This document shows, in pieces, positions 51,000-62,041 of a DNA stretch of 64,000 bases. Source of the DNA: an uncultured delta proteobacterium. GTDB taxonomy: Bacteria > Myxococcota > Myxococcia > Myxococcales > Myxococcaceae. Position numbers and translations under genes: made by a program. Numbering within the stretch: position 1 is the first letter of the stretch; every line of letters starts with the position of its first letter. Below the pieces are notes generated by a model, which searched no databases, had not been told where the DNA came from, and saw only the letters and a list, made by a program, of their open reading frames with translations. The stretch is taken from assembly GCA_963796055.1 (NCBI GenBank), contig CAWCKH010000004.1, positions 1 through 64,000 on the forward strand, given 5' to 3'.

Positions 51000-51473
51000 T
51001 CAGGCCTGGGCGTGGCCCGAGGAAACCGCCCGTGGGCTGCTGATCGCGGCGAGCGTCCCCGCGATCTCCGCCGGTTCGACGCCCTCCAGGGCCTTCATCG
51101 TCCGGAGGTGGTGCACCAGGTCGTTCAGCGTCACCATCCCCTTGAGGAACCCGAGCGTGTCCACCACCGGGATGCGATGCACCTGCTCCGAGCGCATCCG
51201 GTCCTCTGCCACCCGGAGCCCGTCCGTGGGCTGCACCGTCACCAGCCGGTGCGACATGGCCGCCGAGACCTTGATCTCCCCCAGCGTCTTGCCCTGGAGG
51301 TAGGCGGCCATCGCGATGTCCCTGTCGGTGATGACCGAGGTCACGCGACCGTCCGCTCCCAGCACCGGGAGGCACCCGATGTCGTACTCCCACATCTTCC
51401 GCGCGGCGACCCACAGCGATTCATCTGCCCCGCAGGTCTCCAGTTGCTTGGTCATGATGTCCTCGACGCGCAT
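51000..51473 (-). CDS. CBS-domain protein
   Basis: DIGCLPV..ITDRDI; VHRIPVVD. Confidence 0.88.
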   Translation of the reverse strand: MRVEDIMTKQLETCGADESLWVAARKMWEYDIGCLPVLGADGRVTSVITDRDIAMAAYLQGKTLGEIKVSAAMSHRLVTVQPTDGLRVAEDRMRSEQVHRIPVVDTLGFLKGMVTLNDLVHHLRTMKALEGVEPAEIAGTLAAISSPRAVSSGHAQA

Positions 51474-51686
51474 GACTGACCTCCTTCCTCGGAGAGGAGT
51501 CGTGCATCGGTCGAGCCACGGATTGGCCCCGGGCATGCAGCCTCCGCAGTTCAGCCCCGGAGAGGCACCAGGGCGCGCAGCGGGTGCGGCTGCGCGCGGG
51601 TGCCGGCGCAACCATTGCGGGGCTCGCCACGGCCAGAGTGCCAGCCGTTCACCTACCAGTTCGTCGGCACCAAGTGAGCCCGGGGT

Positions 51687-52535
51687 TCAGCGCCGGGTGA
51701 CCACGACCTCCAGGTACTTGGAGGGAACCACCATCGTGCCGTCGTGGGCGCGGTTGAACCGGCCGATGAGGTCGGTCAGCTCGGCGGTGAAGGCCCGGGC
51801 CTTCTCCTCGGGAAGCGCGGCGTAGAGCTTGTGGATCGGTCCGTAGAACGTCCGGAACACGTCGATGAAGTGCTCGGCCGACAGGTAACGGAAGCTGAAC
51901 TCGCGGTGCACCGAGTGGATGGAGGCCGCGGCGCCCTCGAAGAGCTGCTCGCAGTGCGGCACGGTGCCCCAGAGCGCGGGGCCCTTGAGGCCGGCGGGCG
52001 GTGGGGCGGTGCGGCCCACCAGCGCGAACACCTGGCCGATGAAGCCGTCGGGCGTCCAGCTGGCGAGGCCGATCTTCCCGCCCGGACGCACCACCCGGGC
52101 CAGCTCGCGGGCTGCCCGGCCGTGGTCCGGGGTGAACATGACCCCGAAGGTGGAGATCGCCGCGTCGAACTCTCCACCGTCGAAGGGCAGCGCCTCGGCG
52201 TCGCCCTCGACGAAGGCGATGTCCAGCCGTTCGGCCCGGGCGCGCTCCTCGCCCCGGGCCAGCAAGGCTGGCACGTAGTCCAGACCGGTGACCTTGCAGT
52301 AGCGACGGGCGGCAGCGAGCGTCGCGGTGCCGTTGCCGCAGGCCACGTCCAGCACGGCCTGGCCGGAGTGCAGGTCGGCCGCCTCGCACAGCGACTCGGC
52401 GACGAGGTTGAGGGTGGTGCCGACGACGGCGTAGTCGCCGCTGGCCCAGGTGGCCTGCTGGCGTGCGTTGATGGCCGCGAGGTCCGGGGCGGGAGGGGTG
52501 CTGGGGGTGCTGTGGGTCGCTGAAACGGTGGTCAC
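51687..52535 (-). CDS. class I SAM-dependent methyltransferase
   Basis: VLDVACGNG, GDAEALPF, STFGVMF. Confidence 0.9.
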   Translation of the reverse strand: MTTVSATHSTPSTPPAPDLAAINARQQATWASGDYAVVGTTLNLVAESLCEAADLHSGQAVLDVACGNGTATLAAARRYCKVTGLDYVPALLARGEERARAERLDIAFVEGDAEALPFDGGEFDAAISTFGVMFTPDHGRAARELARVVRPGGKIGLASWTPDGFIGQVFALVGRTAPPPAGLKGPALWGTVPHCEQLFEGAAASIHSVHREFSFRYLSAEHFIDVFRTFYGPIHKLYAALPEEKARAFTAELTDLIGRFNRAHDGTMVVPSKYLEVVVTRR

Positions 52536-52644
52536 GAATCGAGCTCCTGGGGTAAGGGGGACGTGCTGCACGGCTCTGGATGCGTCCCTGGCCCGAGGCG
52601 CGCTTGACTGGGACTCCGCATCTCTTGCTCTTCCGTCCGCGGCG

Positions 52645-53655
52645 ATGAGCACCGACGTCCTCTCCGACGTTCTCCGGGCGGTGCGGCTGAGCGGCGCGGT
52701 CTACTTCCTGGTGGATGCGTCCGCCCCGTTTGCCGCCGAGGCGCTCCCGGCGCGCGACGTGGCGCCGCACGCGATGCCCGGCGCCGAGCACCTGATGGAG
52801 TATCACCTGGTGACCCGGGGTACCTGCTGGGGGGGCATCGTGGGCGAGGAGCCGATGCTGCTCCACGAGGGCGACATCATCGTCTTCCCCCAGGGTGACC
52901 CGCACGTGATGTCGAGCAGCCCCGGCCTGCGCGGACGGGTGTCGGTCGACGCGTACCGCCGGCCGCCTGGGAGTCAGCTCCCGTTCACGCTCCGCGAGGA
53001 GGGCGGCGGGGCCCGTACCCAGCTGGTCTGCGGCTTCGTCGGCTGCGACGTGCGCCCCTTCAACCCGCTGCTCGCCACGCTTCCCCGGACGCTGCGGGTG
53101 AGCACCCGCGAAGGAGGCGGCTGGCTCGAATCGCTGGCCAGGCTCGCGGTGACCGAATCCGGCGGTGGCCGGACCGGCGGCGAGACCGTGCTGGCGCGCG
53201 CGAGCGAGCTGATGTTCGTGGAGGTCATCCGACGCTACCTCGCTTCGCTTCCACCGGAGCAGACCGGGTGGCTGGCTGGGGTCCGGGACCCCTTCGTCGG
53301 CCGGGCGCTGGCGACGCTACACGACCGGCCCGCCAAGCCGTGGACGGTGGAGTCGCTGGCGAAGGCGGCGGCACTGTCGCGCTCGGCGCTGGCGGAGCGC
53401 TTCACGCACCTGGTCGGCGAGGCACCGATGCAGTACCTGACGCGCTGGAGGATGCAGCTCGCCGCGACGCTGCTGCGCTCACGAGACGTCAGCGTCTTCG
53501 AGGTGGCGATGGACGTTGGCTACGCTTCCGAAGCCGCGTTCAGCCGGGCATTCAAGAAGGTGGTGGGGGTTCCTCCTGCCGCCTGGCGCGAAGGGCAGCG
53601 GGAGCAGGAAACCCCGCGCACCGGCGCAACCCGTCGAGCCGCGACCAGGGCCTAG
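52645..53655 (+). CDS. AraC-family regulator with cupin domain
   Basis: DVLSDVL; PWTVESLA..SRS; GYASEAAFSRAFKK; divergent from the methyltransferase. Confidence 0.92.
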   Translation: MSTDVLSDVLRAVRLSGAVYFLVDASAPFAAEALPARDVAPHAMPGAEHLMEYHLVTRGTCWGGIVGEEPMLLHEGDIIVFPQGDPHVMSSSPGLRGRVSVDAYRRPPGSQLPFTLREEGGGARTQLVCGFVGCDVRPFNPLLATLPRTLRVSTREGGGWLESLARLAVTESGGGRTGGETVLARASELMFVEVIRRYLASLPPEQTGWLAGVRDPFVGRALATLHDRPAKPWTVESLAKAAALSRSALAERFTHLVGEAPMQYLTRWRMQLAATLLRSRDVSVFEVAMDVGYASEAAFSRAFKKVVGVPPAAWREGQREQETPRTGATRRAATRA

Positions 53656-53743
53656 AGCTCATCGGAGGTCCACCCCGCGGCGGCACTTGCGCGGACCGGT
53701 CGCCCTCTTGGGCGGGACGACCGGCGCGCGGCGGGATACAGGG

Positions 53744-53819
<76 letters not shown>

Positions 53820-53909
53820 AGTCGGTCTGCTTAGAGAACACGACGGATTGGGGCCCGTCAAGGTTCGCGCCGATGGCCTGGACTGTGCTGGCGAGGAACC
53901 TCCGCGGCG

Positions 53910-54443
53910 ATGGACCCTGTCCGGGTCATGATCCGCGACGCCACCGAGGCCGACCTCCCGGGCATCCTCGCCATCTACAACGACGTGCTCATCACCTCGA
54001 CCGCCATCTTCTCGGAGAGGCCGACGACGCTGGAGGACCGGGTGCAGTGGTTCCGGGCCCGGCGCGAGCTCGGCTATCCGGTGCTGGTCGCGGTGGACGA
54101 CACGGGGGTGCTCGGGTTCGCCAGCTTCGGCGACTTCCGGAGCTGGCCGGGGTACCGGCACAGCGTGGAGCACAGCGTCCACGTCCGGGCAGACGTCCGG
54201 GGGAGAGGCATCGGCGGCGCCTTGATGCGGGTGCTCCTCTTCCGCGCGGCCACCCTGGGAAAGCACGTGATGGTGGCCGGCGTGGACGCGGACAACGCCG
54301 GCTCCATCCGACTGCACGAGCGCCTCGGCTTCCAGCGCGCCGGGACGCTTCACCAGGTGGGCTGCAAGTTCGGCCGCTGGCTCGACCTCACCTTCCTGGA
54401 GCGGGTCCTCGACGAGCGCGCCACGCCCGAGGGGACCGGCTGA
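53910..54443 (+). CDS. GNAT acetyltransferase (phosphinothricin acetyltransferase-like)
   Basis: EHSVHV..RGRGIG, N..SIRLHERLGF, KFGRWLD. Confidence 0.9.
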   Translation: MDPVRVMIRDATEADLPGILAIYNDVLITSTAIFSERPTTLEDRVQWFRARRELGYPVLVAVDDTGVLGFASFGDFRSWPGYRHSVEHSVHVRADVRGRGIGGALMRVLLFRAATLGKHVMVAGVDADNAGSIRLHERLGFQRAGTLHQVGCKFGRWLDLTFLERVLDERATPEGTG

Positions 54444-54764
54444 AGCTCACGGGACTCAGGCCCGCTCGCGGCCGGGCCGCCACGGCGCCTCGACCAGTCC
54501 GCGCGACGCACCGCCCTCCGGCAGCTGCCCGACCTGGGTCTTCAGGGCCCGCACTTCCTCCTCCAGCTCGGACACGCGGCGCAGCAGCTGTGGATCGCTC
54601 GCCCCGCGCGCAGTCCGGTACTCGACCAGGGCCCGCATCGTGGGCTTCACCGCCACGCGCCAGGCGATGGCCGCGCCGGATCGAAGGGCATGGAGAGCTC
54701 CCGGAGGGCCGTCTCGAACCGGTACGTGCCCCGCGCCGGTCGATTGCCGGTCGGCCGGGATGGT

Positions 54765-55361
54765 CTAGCGGGACAGAGGCGTGCGCTCCAGGGTCGCGAG
54801 CTCGGGCTGCAGTGCGTCGAGCGCACGGGCCCGGTGGGAGATGCGTCCCTTCTCCTCCAGGGTGAGCTCGGCCATGGTCCGCCCGAGCTCCGGGACCAGG
54901 AACACCGGGTCGTACCCGAATCCCCCGCTCCCGCGCGGGAAACGGAGGATGGTCCCCCGGCACTCCCCGCGGGCGAGCCGCACCTCGCCCTGCGGCGAGG
55001 CGAGCGCCAGGACGCAGCGGAACGCCGCGCCACGCTCGGCGTCGGGCACCCGCTGCAGCTCCCGAAGCAGCTTCTGGATGCGGACGGCGTCCGGTCCGGG
55101 CGCATACCGGGCCGACCGGACGCCGGGGGCGCCCCCCAGCGCATCGACGAAGAGCCCCGAGTCGTCCGCCACGCTCCACAGCCCGGTGCCCCGCGCAGCG
55201 GCCAGCGCCTTCAGCCGCGCGTTGCCCTCCAGGGTTTCCTCGGTCTCCTCCACCTCGGGCATCGGCGGGACGTCGTCGAGCGACAGGACGTCCAGCCCCT
55301 GCACCCGCGACTGCACCTCCCGGAGCTTTCCCGGGTTGCGGGTGGCGACCAGCAGCTTCAT
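54765..55361 (-). CDS. rdgB: non-canonical purine NTP pyrophosphatase
   Basis: [22 protein letters not shown] and ISHR motifs. Confidence 0.95.
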   Translation of the reverse strand: MKLLVATRNPGKLREVQSRVQGLDVLSLDDVPPMPEVEETEETLEGNARLKALAAARGTGLWSVADDSGLFVDALGGAPGVRSARYAPGPDAVRIQKLLRELQRVPDAERGAAFRCVLALASPQGEVRLARGECRGTILRFPRGSGGFGYDPVFLVPELGRTMAELTLEEKGRISHRARALDALQPELATLERTPLSR

Positions 55362-56074
55362 GCGCCCAGAGCGCGGCGCTGCGTCTCGACCAGCCGGGCC
55401 ACCCCGGCCAGCCCGGCGTCGATCAGCGCGTCCAGCTCGGCCCGGGCGAAGGACCCCTTCTCCGCCGTGCCCTGCACCTCCACCAGCTTGCCCTCGCCGG
55501 TGGCGATCACGTTCATGTCCACCTCGGCCGCGCTGTCCTCCTCGTAATCGAGGTCGGTCACCACCGTCCCCTTCACGATGCCCACCGAGACCGCGGCCAC
55601 CGGCACCATCTTCGGGACGCTGGACAGGACCTTCCGGCCCTGGAGGTTGCGCACCGCCTGGGCCAGGGCCACGTAGGCCGCGGTGATGGAGGCGCAGCGC
55701 GTGCCCCCGTCCGCCTCGATGACGTCGCAGTCCAGGGTGAAGGTCCGCGGCCCGAGCTGGGTCAGGTCGACGGAGGCCCGGAGCGCGCGCCCGATGAGGC
55801 GCTGGATCTCCTGGGTCCGCCCGCTCTGCTTTCCCCGGGCCGCCTCGCGCGCGGTGCGGGTGTTGGTGCTCCGGGGCAGCATCCCGTACTCGGCGGTCAC
55901 CCAGCCGCTGTTCTTGCCGATCAGGTGTGGAGGAACGCGCTCCTCCACCGAGCAGGTCACCCGGACCCAGGTGTGGCCGAGGCGGACCTCGGCCGAACCC
56001 TCGGCATGCCGGGAGACGCCGGGGGTGATGGTCAGCGGACGGAGATCGAGCGGGCCACGGTCGAAGGAACGCAT
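55358..56074 (-). CDS. rph: ribonuclease PH
   Basis: [28 protein letters not shown] and DMNV motifs. Confidence 0.96.
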   Translation of the reverse strand: MRSFDRGPLDLRPLTITPGVSRHAEGSAEVRLGHTWVRVTCSVEERVPPHLIGKNSGWVTAEYGMLPRSTNTRTAREAARGKQSGRTQEIQRLIGRALRASVDLTQLGPRTFTLDCDVIEADGGTRCASITAAYVALAQAVRNLQGRKVLSSVPKMVPVAAVSVGIVKGTVVTDLDYEEDSAAEVDMNVIATGEGKLVEVQGTAEKGSFARAELDALIDAGLAGVARLVETQRRALGA

Positions 56075-56102
56075 GCGGGTCCGCCGACTTATCAGGCCCG
56101 GC

Positions 56103-57113
56103 TCAGCCGAGCCACTGGGGGTTCTGCACCGTCCCGTCGTACTGGTGGGTGACCTTGAACGGCTCGTACTTCCCATCGGCCGCGGCGCCAGCGGCTCGCT
56201 TCCGGATGTCGTCCAGCGCGGCCTCGCCGAGCGGACGGAAGGTCTGCGCCGCCCGGACCGCCTGATCGAGGATCTCCATCCGCTCACAGCCGGTGATCAC
56301 CACCGAGGTCGGCATCGACAGGGCGTAGTGGAGGGACTCCACCGCGGTCACCGCACCCGACTTCAGCGCGTGCCCGTCGGCCATGGGCTTCATCCCCAGG
56401 ACCGCGATGCCGTCCTTCACCAGCTCGGGCACCACCCGGCGCGAGAAGCTACGGAAGCTCCAGTCCAGCGGGTTGATCGGCATCTGCACTGCGTCGAAGC
56501 GGACGCCGTGGGCCCTGGCGACCTCGAGCATGTGGAGATGGATGTCCGGGCTCTTGTGCCCGGTGAAGCCGATGAAGCGGATCTTCCCCGCTTTCCGGGC
56601 AGCGTCCATCGCCTCCCAGGAACCTCCGGGGGCGAAGATCTTCTCCGGATCATCGGGGCGGATCACCTCGTGGAACTGCATCAGGTCCAGGTGATCGGTC
56701 TTGAACCGCTTCAGGGACTCGTCGATCTGGCGGGCCGCGGCGGCGCGGGTGTGCCCGTCGATCTTCGACATCACGAACGCCCGCTGGCGGTAGCCATCCT
56801 GGAGCGCCAGCCCCGCCCGCCGCTCGCTCTCACCGTCGTGGTAGTCCCAGCAGTTGTCGAGGAAGTTGATGCCCCGGTCGATGGCGCTGCGGATCAGCCG
56901 GACCCCCTCCTGGGGGTCGGCCGGGTTGCCGATGTGGTAGCCGCCCAGCCCGATGCAGCTCACCTCCACGCCCGTGCGCCCAAGCTTCCGGCGTGGAACG
57001 CCATCCCGGCCAGGCCCGGCATCGGCGGCGCGAGCGCCGGGGCCGATGCCCAGCGCGGCGAGCGCCCAGCCCAGGGTGGAGAGGAATCCGCGGCGGCTGT
57101 TCGAGCTCGACAT
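56103..57113 (-). CDS. aldo/keto reductase with Tat signal
   Basis: [30 protein letters not shown]. Confidence 0.9.
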   Translation of the reverse strand: MSSSNSRRGFLSTLGWALAALGIGPGARAADAGPGRDGVPRRKLGRTGVEVSCIGLGGYHIGNPADPQEGVRLIRSAIDRGINFLDNCWDYHDGESERRAGLALQDGYRQRAFVMSKIDGHTRAAAARQIDESLKRFKTDHLDLMQFHEVIRPDDPEKIFAPGGSWEAMDAARKAGKIRFIGFTGHKSPDIHLHMLEVARAHGVRFDAVQMPINPLDWSFRSFSRRVVPELVKDGIAVLGMKPMADGHALKSGAVTAVESLHYALSMPTSVVITGCERMEILDQAVRAAQTFRPLGEAALDDIRKRAAGAAADGKYEPFKVTHQYDGTVQNPQWLG

Positions 57114-57209
57114 GCCCCGTTCTCTGAATCTGCTCCTGGGCCGCTGTCGCGCCCGCCTCTGGAGGCGGCGCCGGAACTGGACAGAACGTTCCTCCCCTGG
57201 CCCGCGACC

Positions 57210-57986
57210 TCAAGGCGGCGTGGTCGAGGCCACCGGGCGCCGATCCCGCGCTGCCACCTGCGCCAGGAAGGCCTTCAGCCCGTCGGCGATCGCCTGCGCG
57301 ATGCGGTCCCGGTACTCGGCGCGGGCCAGCTTCCGGCTCTCCTCGGGATGGGAGATGAACCCGAACTCCACCAGCACCGCCGGCGCCTCCACCCCGGTGA
57401 GGACGTAGAACGGCGCCTGCTGCACCCCGTGGTCGCTCCCGCCCGAGGCCGCCACCAGCCGGGAATGGATGGCGTAGGCGAGCCGCGCGCTGTCTGCGTG
57501 GGCCTCGCTCCGCCGCAGGTCGGAGAGGATGAAGGACAGGGTGTCGGTCGGCTCGGGCGCACCCGCCCCCGCCGAGTCCGCGTTCTCCAGCTCCGCCACC
57601 CGGCGTGCGTCCTCGCCGGAGGCGCTGGCGGAGAGGAAGAAGGTCTGCACCCCCTCCAGCTTCGCCCGGAGCCTGCGGGTGGGCATCGAGTTCAGGTGCA
57701 AGGAGACGAAGACGTCAGGCCGGGCCTGGTTGGCGAAGGTGACCCGATCGGCGAGCGCCAGCAGCACGTCCTGCTCGCGGGTGAGGAGTACCTCCACGCC
57801 CTGCTGCTCCAGCGCGGCCTTGAGCCGGCGAGCGACGTCCAGCGACACCGCCTTCTCCAGCTGCCCGTCGGGGCCGATGGCCCCCTCCTGCGCGCCACCG
57901 TGGCCCGGATCGAGCACCACCCGCGGCCGTGGGGCGGGCGCGGCGGCGACGAGCAGCGCGGTGCAGAGCGCCAGGGCGGAGGACAT
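57210..57986 (-). CDS. N-acetylmuramoyl-L-alanine amidase (Amidase_3)
   Basis: LDPGHGG, EK, SLHLNS and AVLVEFGF motifs. Confidence 0.92.
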   Translation of the reverse strand: MSSALALCTALLVAAAPAPRPRVVLDPGHGGAQEGAIGPDGQLEKAVSLDVARRLKAALEQQGVEVLLTREQDVLLALADRVTFANQARPDVFVSLHLNSMPTRRLRAKLEGVQTFFLSASASGEDARRVAELENADSAGAGAPEPTDTLSFILSDLRRSEAHADSARLAYAIHSRLVAASGGSDHGVQQAPFYVLTGVEAPAVLVEFGFISHPEESRKLARAEYRDRIAQAIADGLKAFLAQVAARDRRPVASTTPP

Positions 57987-58183
57987 CCGCCCCGGCATGT
58001 TACTGCAACCTTGGCCCCGGACTACTTGACGGGGCTGGTCGTCCCGTCGGGATTCGTCTTCTCGTGCTTCACCACGTTGCCGTGGCCCCGGGGCGTCGTG
58101 CTTCGACTTCCGCTTCACCGAGCTGGTCCCGTCGTCGTTCTGCTTGACGGTGCCCGGCGTGTTACTCCGACACCGACGCCGGC

Positions 58184-58459
58184 CTACTTGGCGGGAGCAG
58201 CCTGGGTGTCGGGAGGGGTCTTCTCGTCAGCCTTCGGAGCGGTCTTCTTCTCCGTCGAGTACGTGCTCGTGTCCGAGGTGGACCCGCCAGTTCCCTTCTC
58301 CTCGGTCGTCGACTTCTTCTCCGTCTTGGAGCTGGTACCCTCGCCGCTCTTCTTCGTCGTGCTCTTGCTCTCGGTGGTGGCCTTCGTGTCATCGGCTCGC
58401 GCGGTGCCGACCACCGCCAGCGCCAGCGCTGCGGTGAGGCCGGTGATGAGTCGCTTCAT
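58184..58459 (-). CDS. small secreted K/T/S-rich hypothetical protein
   Basis: Signal peptide with GGAGG RBS; low-complexity repeats. Confidence 0.6.
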   Translation of the reverse strand: MKRLITGLTAALALAVVGTARADDTKATTESKSTTKKSGEGTSSKTEKKSTTEEKGTGGSTSDTSTYSTEKKTAPKADEKTPPDTQAAPAK

Positions 58460-58520
58460 GGACAGCCTCCTTGCTCAGCAGCACAACCTGGTCATCGATC
58501 CGAGGAGCGCAAGGTGCGGT

Positions 58521-59570
58521 TCACCCCACGTCGATGCGCGGGCGGCCACGAGTCAGCTCTCCGACAACAGCTGCCTCGACCCCTGCCCGAGCGAGCGCTC
58601 GCTCGGCCTTCGGGAGAGCGGAGCGGGGCACCGCAGCGAGGAGCCCACCGTTGGTCTGCGCATCGGCAAGCACCCACCGAACCGGGTCGGGCAAGCCGTC
58701 GGGGAAGCGCACGTGCGCGCCGAAGTGCTCGAGGTTGGCGGTGGTCCCGCCCGGCACCACGCCCTGCTCCGCCAGCGCGGGGACTCCGGCGAGGATGGGG
58801 ATCTGCTCGAGAAAGAGCCTCGCCCGCAGCTTCGCCCCCAGCGCCATCTCGGTGAGGTGTCCCAGAAGCCCGAAGCCGGTGACGTCGGTCAGCGCGTGCA
58901 CCGGGAAGCGTCCCGAGGCGAAGACCTCGCCCGCGGCGCGGTTCAGGGTGGACATGAGGGCGACGACCGCCCGCTCCAGCTCGGGCGTGGCGAGGCCGCG
59001 CTTGATGGCGGTGGTGGCGATGCCCGAGCCGAGGGGCTTGGTGAGCAGGAGCACGTCCCCGGGGCGGCCTCCGGCGTTGGTGAGGATGCGCCGCGGGTGA
59101 ACGACACCGGTCACCGCCATCCCGTACTTGGGCTCCGGATCGTCGACGGAATGCCCGCCGAGGATGGGAATGCCTGCCTCGTCCGCCTTGCTCTGCCCGC
59201 CCTCGAGGATGCGGGCCAGGATCTGCATCGGCAGGGCCTGGGTGGGGAAGGCCACGAGGTTCAGCGCGAACAGGGGCCGGGCGCCCATGGCCCAGACGTC
59301 CGAGAGGGCGTTGGCGGCGGCGATCTGCCCGAAGGCGAAGGGGTCGTCGACCACCGGGGGGAAGAAGTCCACGGTGGAGACCACCGCCTGGGTGGCGGAC
59401 AGACGGTACACCGCGGCGTCGTCGTGCGTGGCGAAGCCCACCAGCGCCCGCGGGTCCTTTCTGGTCTTCAGGCGGCGCAGGACCTGCGCCAGTTGCGCCG
59501 GTCGGAGCTTGGCGGCTCAACCGGCGCAGTGACTGAACTGGGTCAGTCGCCGCAGCGTCTCGGGGCTCAT
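58521..59570 (-). CDS. selD: selenophosphate synthetase with in-frame UGA (Sec) at 59517-59519
   Basis: MSPETLRRLTQFSHCAG-UGA-AAKL continues in frame into DDAAVY, TVDFF, ANALSD, DVTGFGL and DAQTNGGLL. Confidence 0.95.
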
Positions 59571-59590
59571 GGGGCTGTTTTGCCCGGGAA

Positions 59591-60535
59591 TCAGCCGGGG
59601 CGCACGTAATCCTTGCGGATGAGCTCCACGATGGCCTCGGCGATGGTCACGTCGTCGCCCTCCGAGTGGTCCATCACCGCGCGGAGCGTGCCGTGGTTGT
59701 GCACCAGCTGCAGCAGATCCAGCTGCTCGGGGGTGAGGTCGCGGAGTCTGGGCACCAGCGGACGGCGCACCACCAGCGGGGCCTCGGGCAGCGGAAGCTG
59801 CGCCTCGATGCGCTTGTACTCGTCCAGCAACCGGAGCGCGTCCATCAGCAGCGCCTCGGTGGACCGGTCCAGCTCGACCATGAACTCCTGGCCGTCCGGG
59901 GGCTGCAGCTCGAAGTCCCCTTCTTCCCAGGTGATGATCCGGTTGAAGCTCTTCTGCGGACCGAGCGCGTGGTCGCCGTCGACCACCGCGTAATACACCC
60001 GGCCCTGGCGCAGGTAGATGCGGCCCTCGTGGGCGCCGGTCACAACCAGCACGCCGTTCTTCTTCGAGGTGTGGAACAGCTGGAGCAGGTCGGGGAGCGG
60101 GATGTCCTCGATCTTTCCGGTCATCGAGGAGGTCTTGTTGGTCTTGGCCGCCTGGACCTGCGCCGCCTCCTCCAGCCGTTCTCGCATCTCGGCGTCCGAG
60201 AGGTCGGTCTGGGCCCCCGCCTCGCGCTGGACCAGCTTGAGGATCGAGGTGCCGATGAGGATCCGGTCCCCCTCCTTCAGCCGGGCCTGGCGGATCTTCT
60301 CCCCGTTGACGAAGGTGCCGTTGGTGCTCCCCAGGTCCTCGATCAGCACCTTGCCGGGGCCGACGGTGATCTTCGCGTGCTTGCGGCTGACCATGTCCTC
60401 GACCAGGACCATGTCCAGCTCGCTCGAGCGGCCGATGGTGACCTGACGGCTCATCTTCAGGGGGAACTCGCCCCCCTGGTACTTGCCGGAGATGAACCGG
60501 AGGGCCCAGGCCGTGTCGCCGCTCGACGCTGCCAT
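59591..60535 (-). CDS. FHA-domain plus DUF4388-like protein
   Basis: IGRS..VSRKHA..DLGSTNGT; G.IEDIPLPDLLQL..SKKNG. Confidence 0.88.
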   Translation of the reverse strand: MAASSGDTAWALRFISGKYQGGEFPLKMSRQVTIGRSSELDMVLVEDMVSRKHAKITVGPGKVLIEDLGSTNGTFVNGEKIRQARLKEGDRILIGTSILKLVQREAGAQTDLSDAEMRERLEEAAQVQAAKTNKTSSMTGKIEDIPLPDLLQLFHTSKKNGVLVVTGAHEGRIYLRQGRVYYAVVDGDHALGPQKSFNRIITWEEGDFELQPPDGQEFMVELDRSTEALLMDALRLLDEYKRIEAQLPLPEAPLVVRRPLVPRLRDLTPEQLDLLQLVHNHGTLRAVMDHSEGDDVTIAEAIVELIRKDYVRPG

Positions 60536-60550
60536 CTTCGTCAGACCACC

Positions 60551-61252
60551 CTACAGCAACGTCCCGGCGAAGACGAAAACTCCAGCATCGCCGGAGGGCA
60601 GGAGCCGGAGCCGACCGGTCCGGGGCTCGGGGTCCCGGGACGAGGAAGTCAGGACTGCCTCCTCGGTCACCAGCACCTCCTCCCGCTCGGACCGGAGATA
60701 CCAGGCGCGTGGCTCCCACCGGTGCCCCGGAAGGCGCAGCACGGGGTCGATCCGCGCATCGGCCAGCGAGCGCTGGCGGTCGGTGGGGGTGACCAGCACG
60801 CCGAGCGCCTCCGCCGAGGTCGCCGAGAGGAGGGTCGCCCGCTGCCACAGGACCCCCAGCGCCCCGGCCAGCGCCGGGGCGAGCGGGCCCTCCGGCTCCC
60901 ACCGTCCGTTCCGTCGCAGGAACCGGACCCGCTCCCGTCCCAGCGACGAGACCTGCACCCCGCCCGAGGTGCCGGCGGCATCGAGCGTGGCCACCACCGC
61001 CGCCCGGTCGGCATCCACGGTGATGCTGAAGCGGTCGTAGCGCAGGCCGCGCGGCTCGAAGGCCGGCCCACCCGGAACGGGGATGGGCGCCCGGGCCAGC
61101 TCCGCCGAGCGGAGGGCGGCGATCAGCTCGGGTTCCGGCCCGCCCACGGCGCCGAGCATCCGCGGCAGCAGGGCCCACACCGCGCCGGCCAGGGTGGCCA
61201 GGCCGAGGAGGACCGCGACCGCCCGTATGCCGCGACGGCCGTCCTCGTTCAC
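60551..61252 (-). CDS. hypothetical membrane-anchored protein
   Basis: GTG start overlaps the bamD stop; N-terminal TM helix. Confidence 0.55.
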   Translation of the reverse strand: MNEDGRRGIRAVAVLLGLATLAGAVWALLPRMLGAVGGPEPELIAALRSAELARAPIPVPGGPAFEPRGLRYDRFSITVDADRAAVVATLDAAGTSGGVQVSSLGRERVRFLRRNGRWEPEGPLAPALAGALGVLWQRATLLSATSAEALGVLVTPTDRQRSLADARIDPVLRLPGHRWEPRAWYLRSEREEVLVTEEAVLTSSSRDPEPRTGRLRLLPSGDAGVFVFAGTLL

Positions 61253-62025
61253 GAGCCGAGCATCTTCTGCGCCTTCTCGGCCGCAGGGGTGCCCGGCACG
61301 CGGGTGATGATCCGCTGGAGAGCATCGCGCGCCTTGTTCTGATCCTTGAGGCGCGAGTACAGGTCGTGCAGCCGGAAGAGGTACTTCTCGTCGTCCGGGC
61401 CGGGGTACTTCTGCAGCACCGTCTCCAGCCGCCTGGCGGCCGCCGAGGGGCGGTCGCGCTTCTCGTAGAAGTCGGCCACGTAGACCTCGTGGCGCACCAG
61501 GCGCTCGCGGATCTCCGACTGCTTCTTCCTCGCGTCCTCGATGTACTGGGACTGCGGGAAGGTCCGGGTGAAGTCGTTCAGCGCCTCCCAGGCGGCGCGG
61601 ACCTGGGTCTGGTCCTTCTCGCTGGAGGGCGGGAGCATGAACCAGTCGCTCGGGATGTCGCGGTAGTGGGCCAGGGCCGCGCGGTAGGCGGCGTAGTCCA
61701 CCTTGGGGTGGGTGGGGTGGAGCTTCACGAAGCCGGTGTAGCGGTCCGCGGCCTCGGTCCACAGCTCGCGCTCGAAGGACACGTCTGCCAGCCGGAGCTC
61801 GGCCTGGCGCGAGGCCTCGAGGAACGGGAACTTGGTCTTGACGTACTCGAAGTATTTCTCGGCCAGCTGGTACTGGCTGCTGTCCAGCGCCTCGTCGCCG
61901 CGCTTGAGGTTGGTGCTCGCCTCGCTCGCGTAATCGGGCTCGCCGAAGTCGCCGTTGTTGGAGAACAGTCCACAGGCGGGCGCCAGGGCCAGGGCAGCGA
62001 GCGGGAGGAGGCGGTGCAGGCGCAT
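61249..62025 (-). CDS. bamD: outer membrane assembly lipoprotein BamD
   Basis: Lipobox, TPR pattern, HPTHPKVDYA, HEVYVADFY. Confidence 0.88.
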   Translation of the reverse strand: MRLHRLLPLAALALAPACGLFSNNGDFGEPDYASEASTNLKRGDEALDSSQYQLAEKYFEYVKTKFPFLEASRQAELRLADVSFERELWTEAADRYTGFVKLHPTHPKVDYAAYRAALAHYRDIPSDWFMLPPSSEKDQTQVRAAWEALNDFTRTFPQSQYIEDARKKQSEIRERLVRHEVYVADFYEKRDRPSAAARRLETVLQKYPGPDDEKYLFRLHDLYSRLKDQNKARDALQRIITRVPGTPAAEKAQKMLGS

Positions 62026-62041
62026 CGAGGGGGCAAGTACC

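Noticed and set aside
55683..59609. 1308-aa plus-strand ORF and other long overlapping ORFs
   Set aside because: Antisense shadows of real genes (rph to selD) caused by high GC; no recognisable domains.
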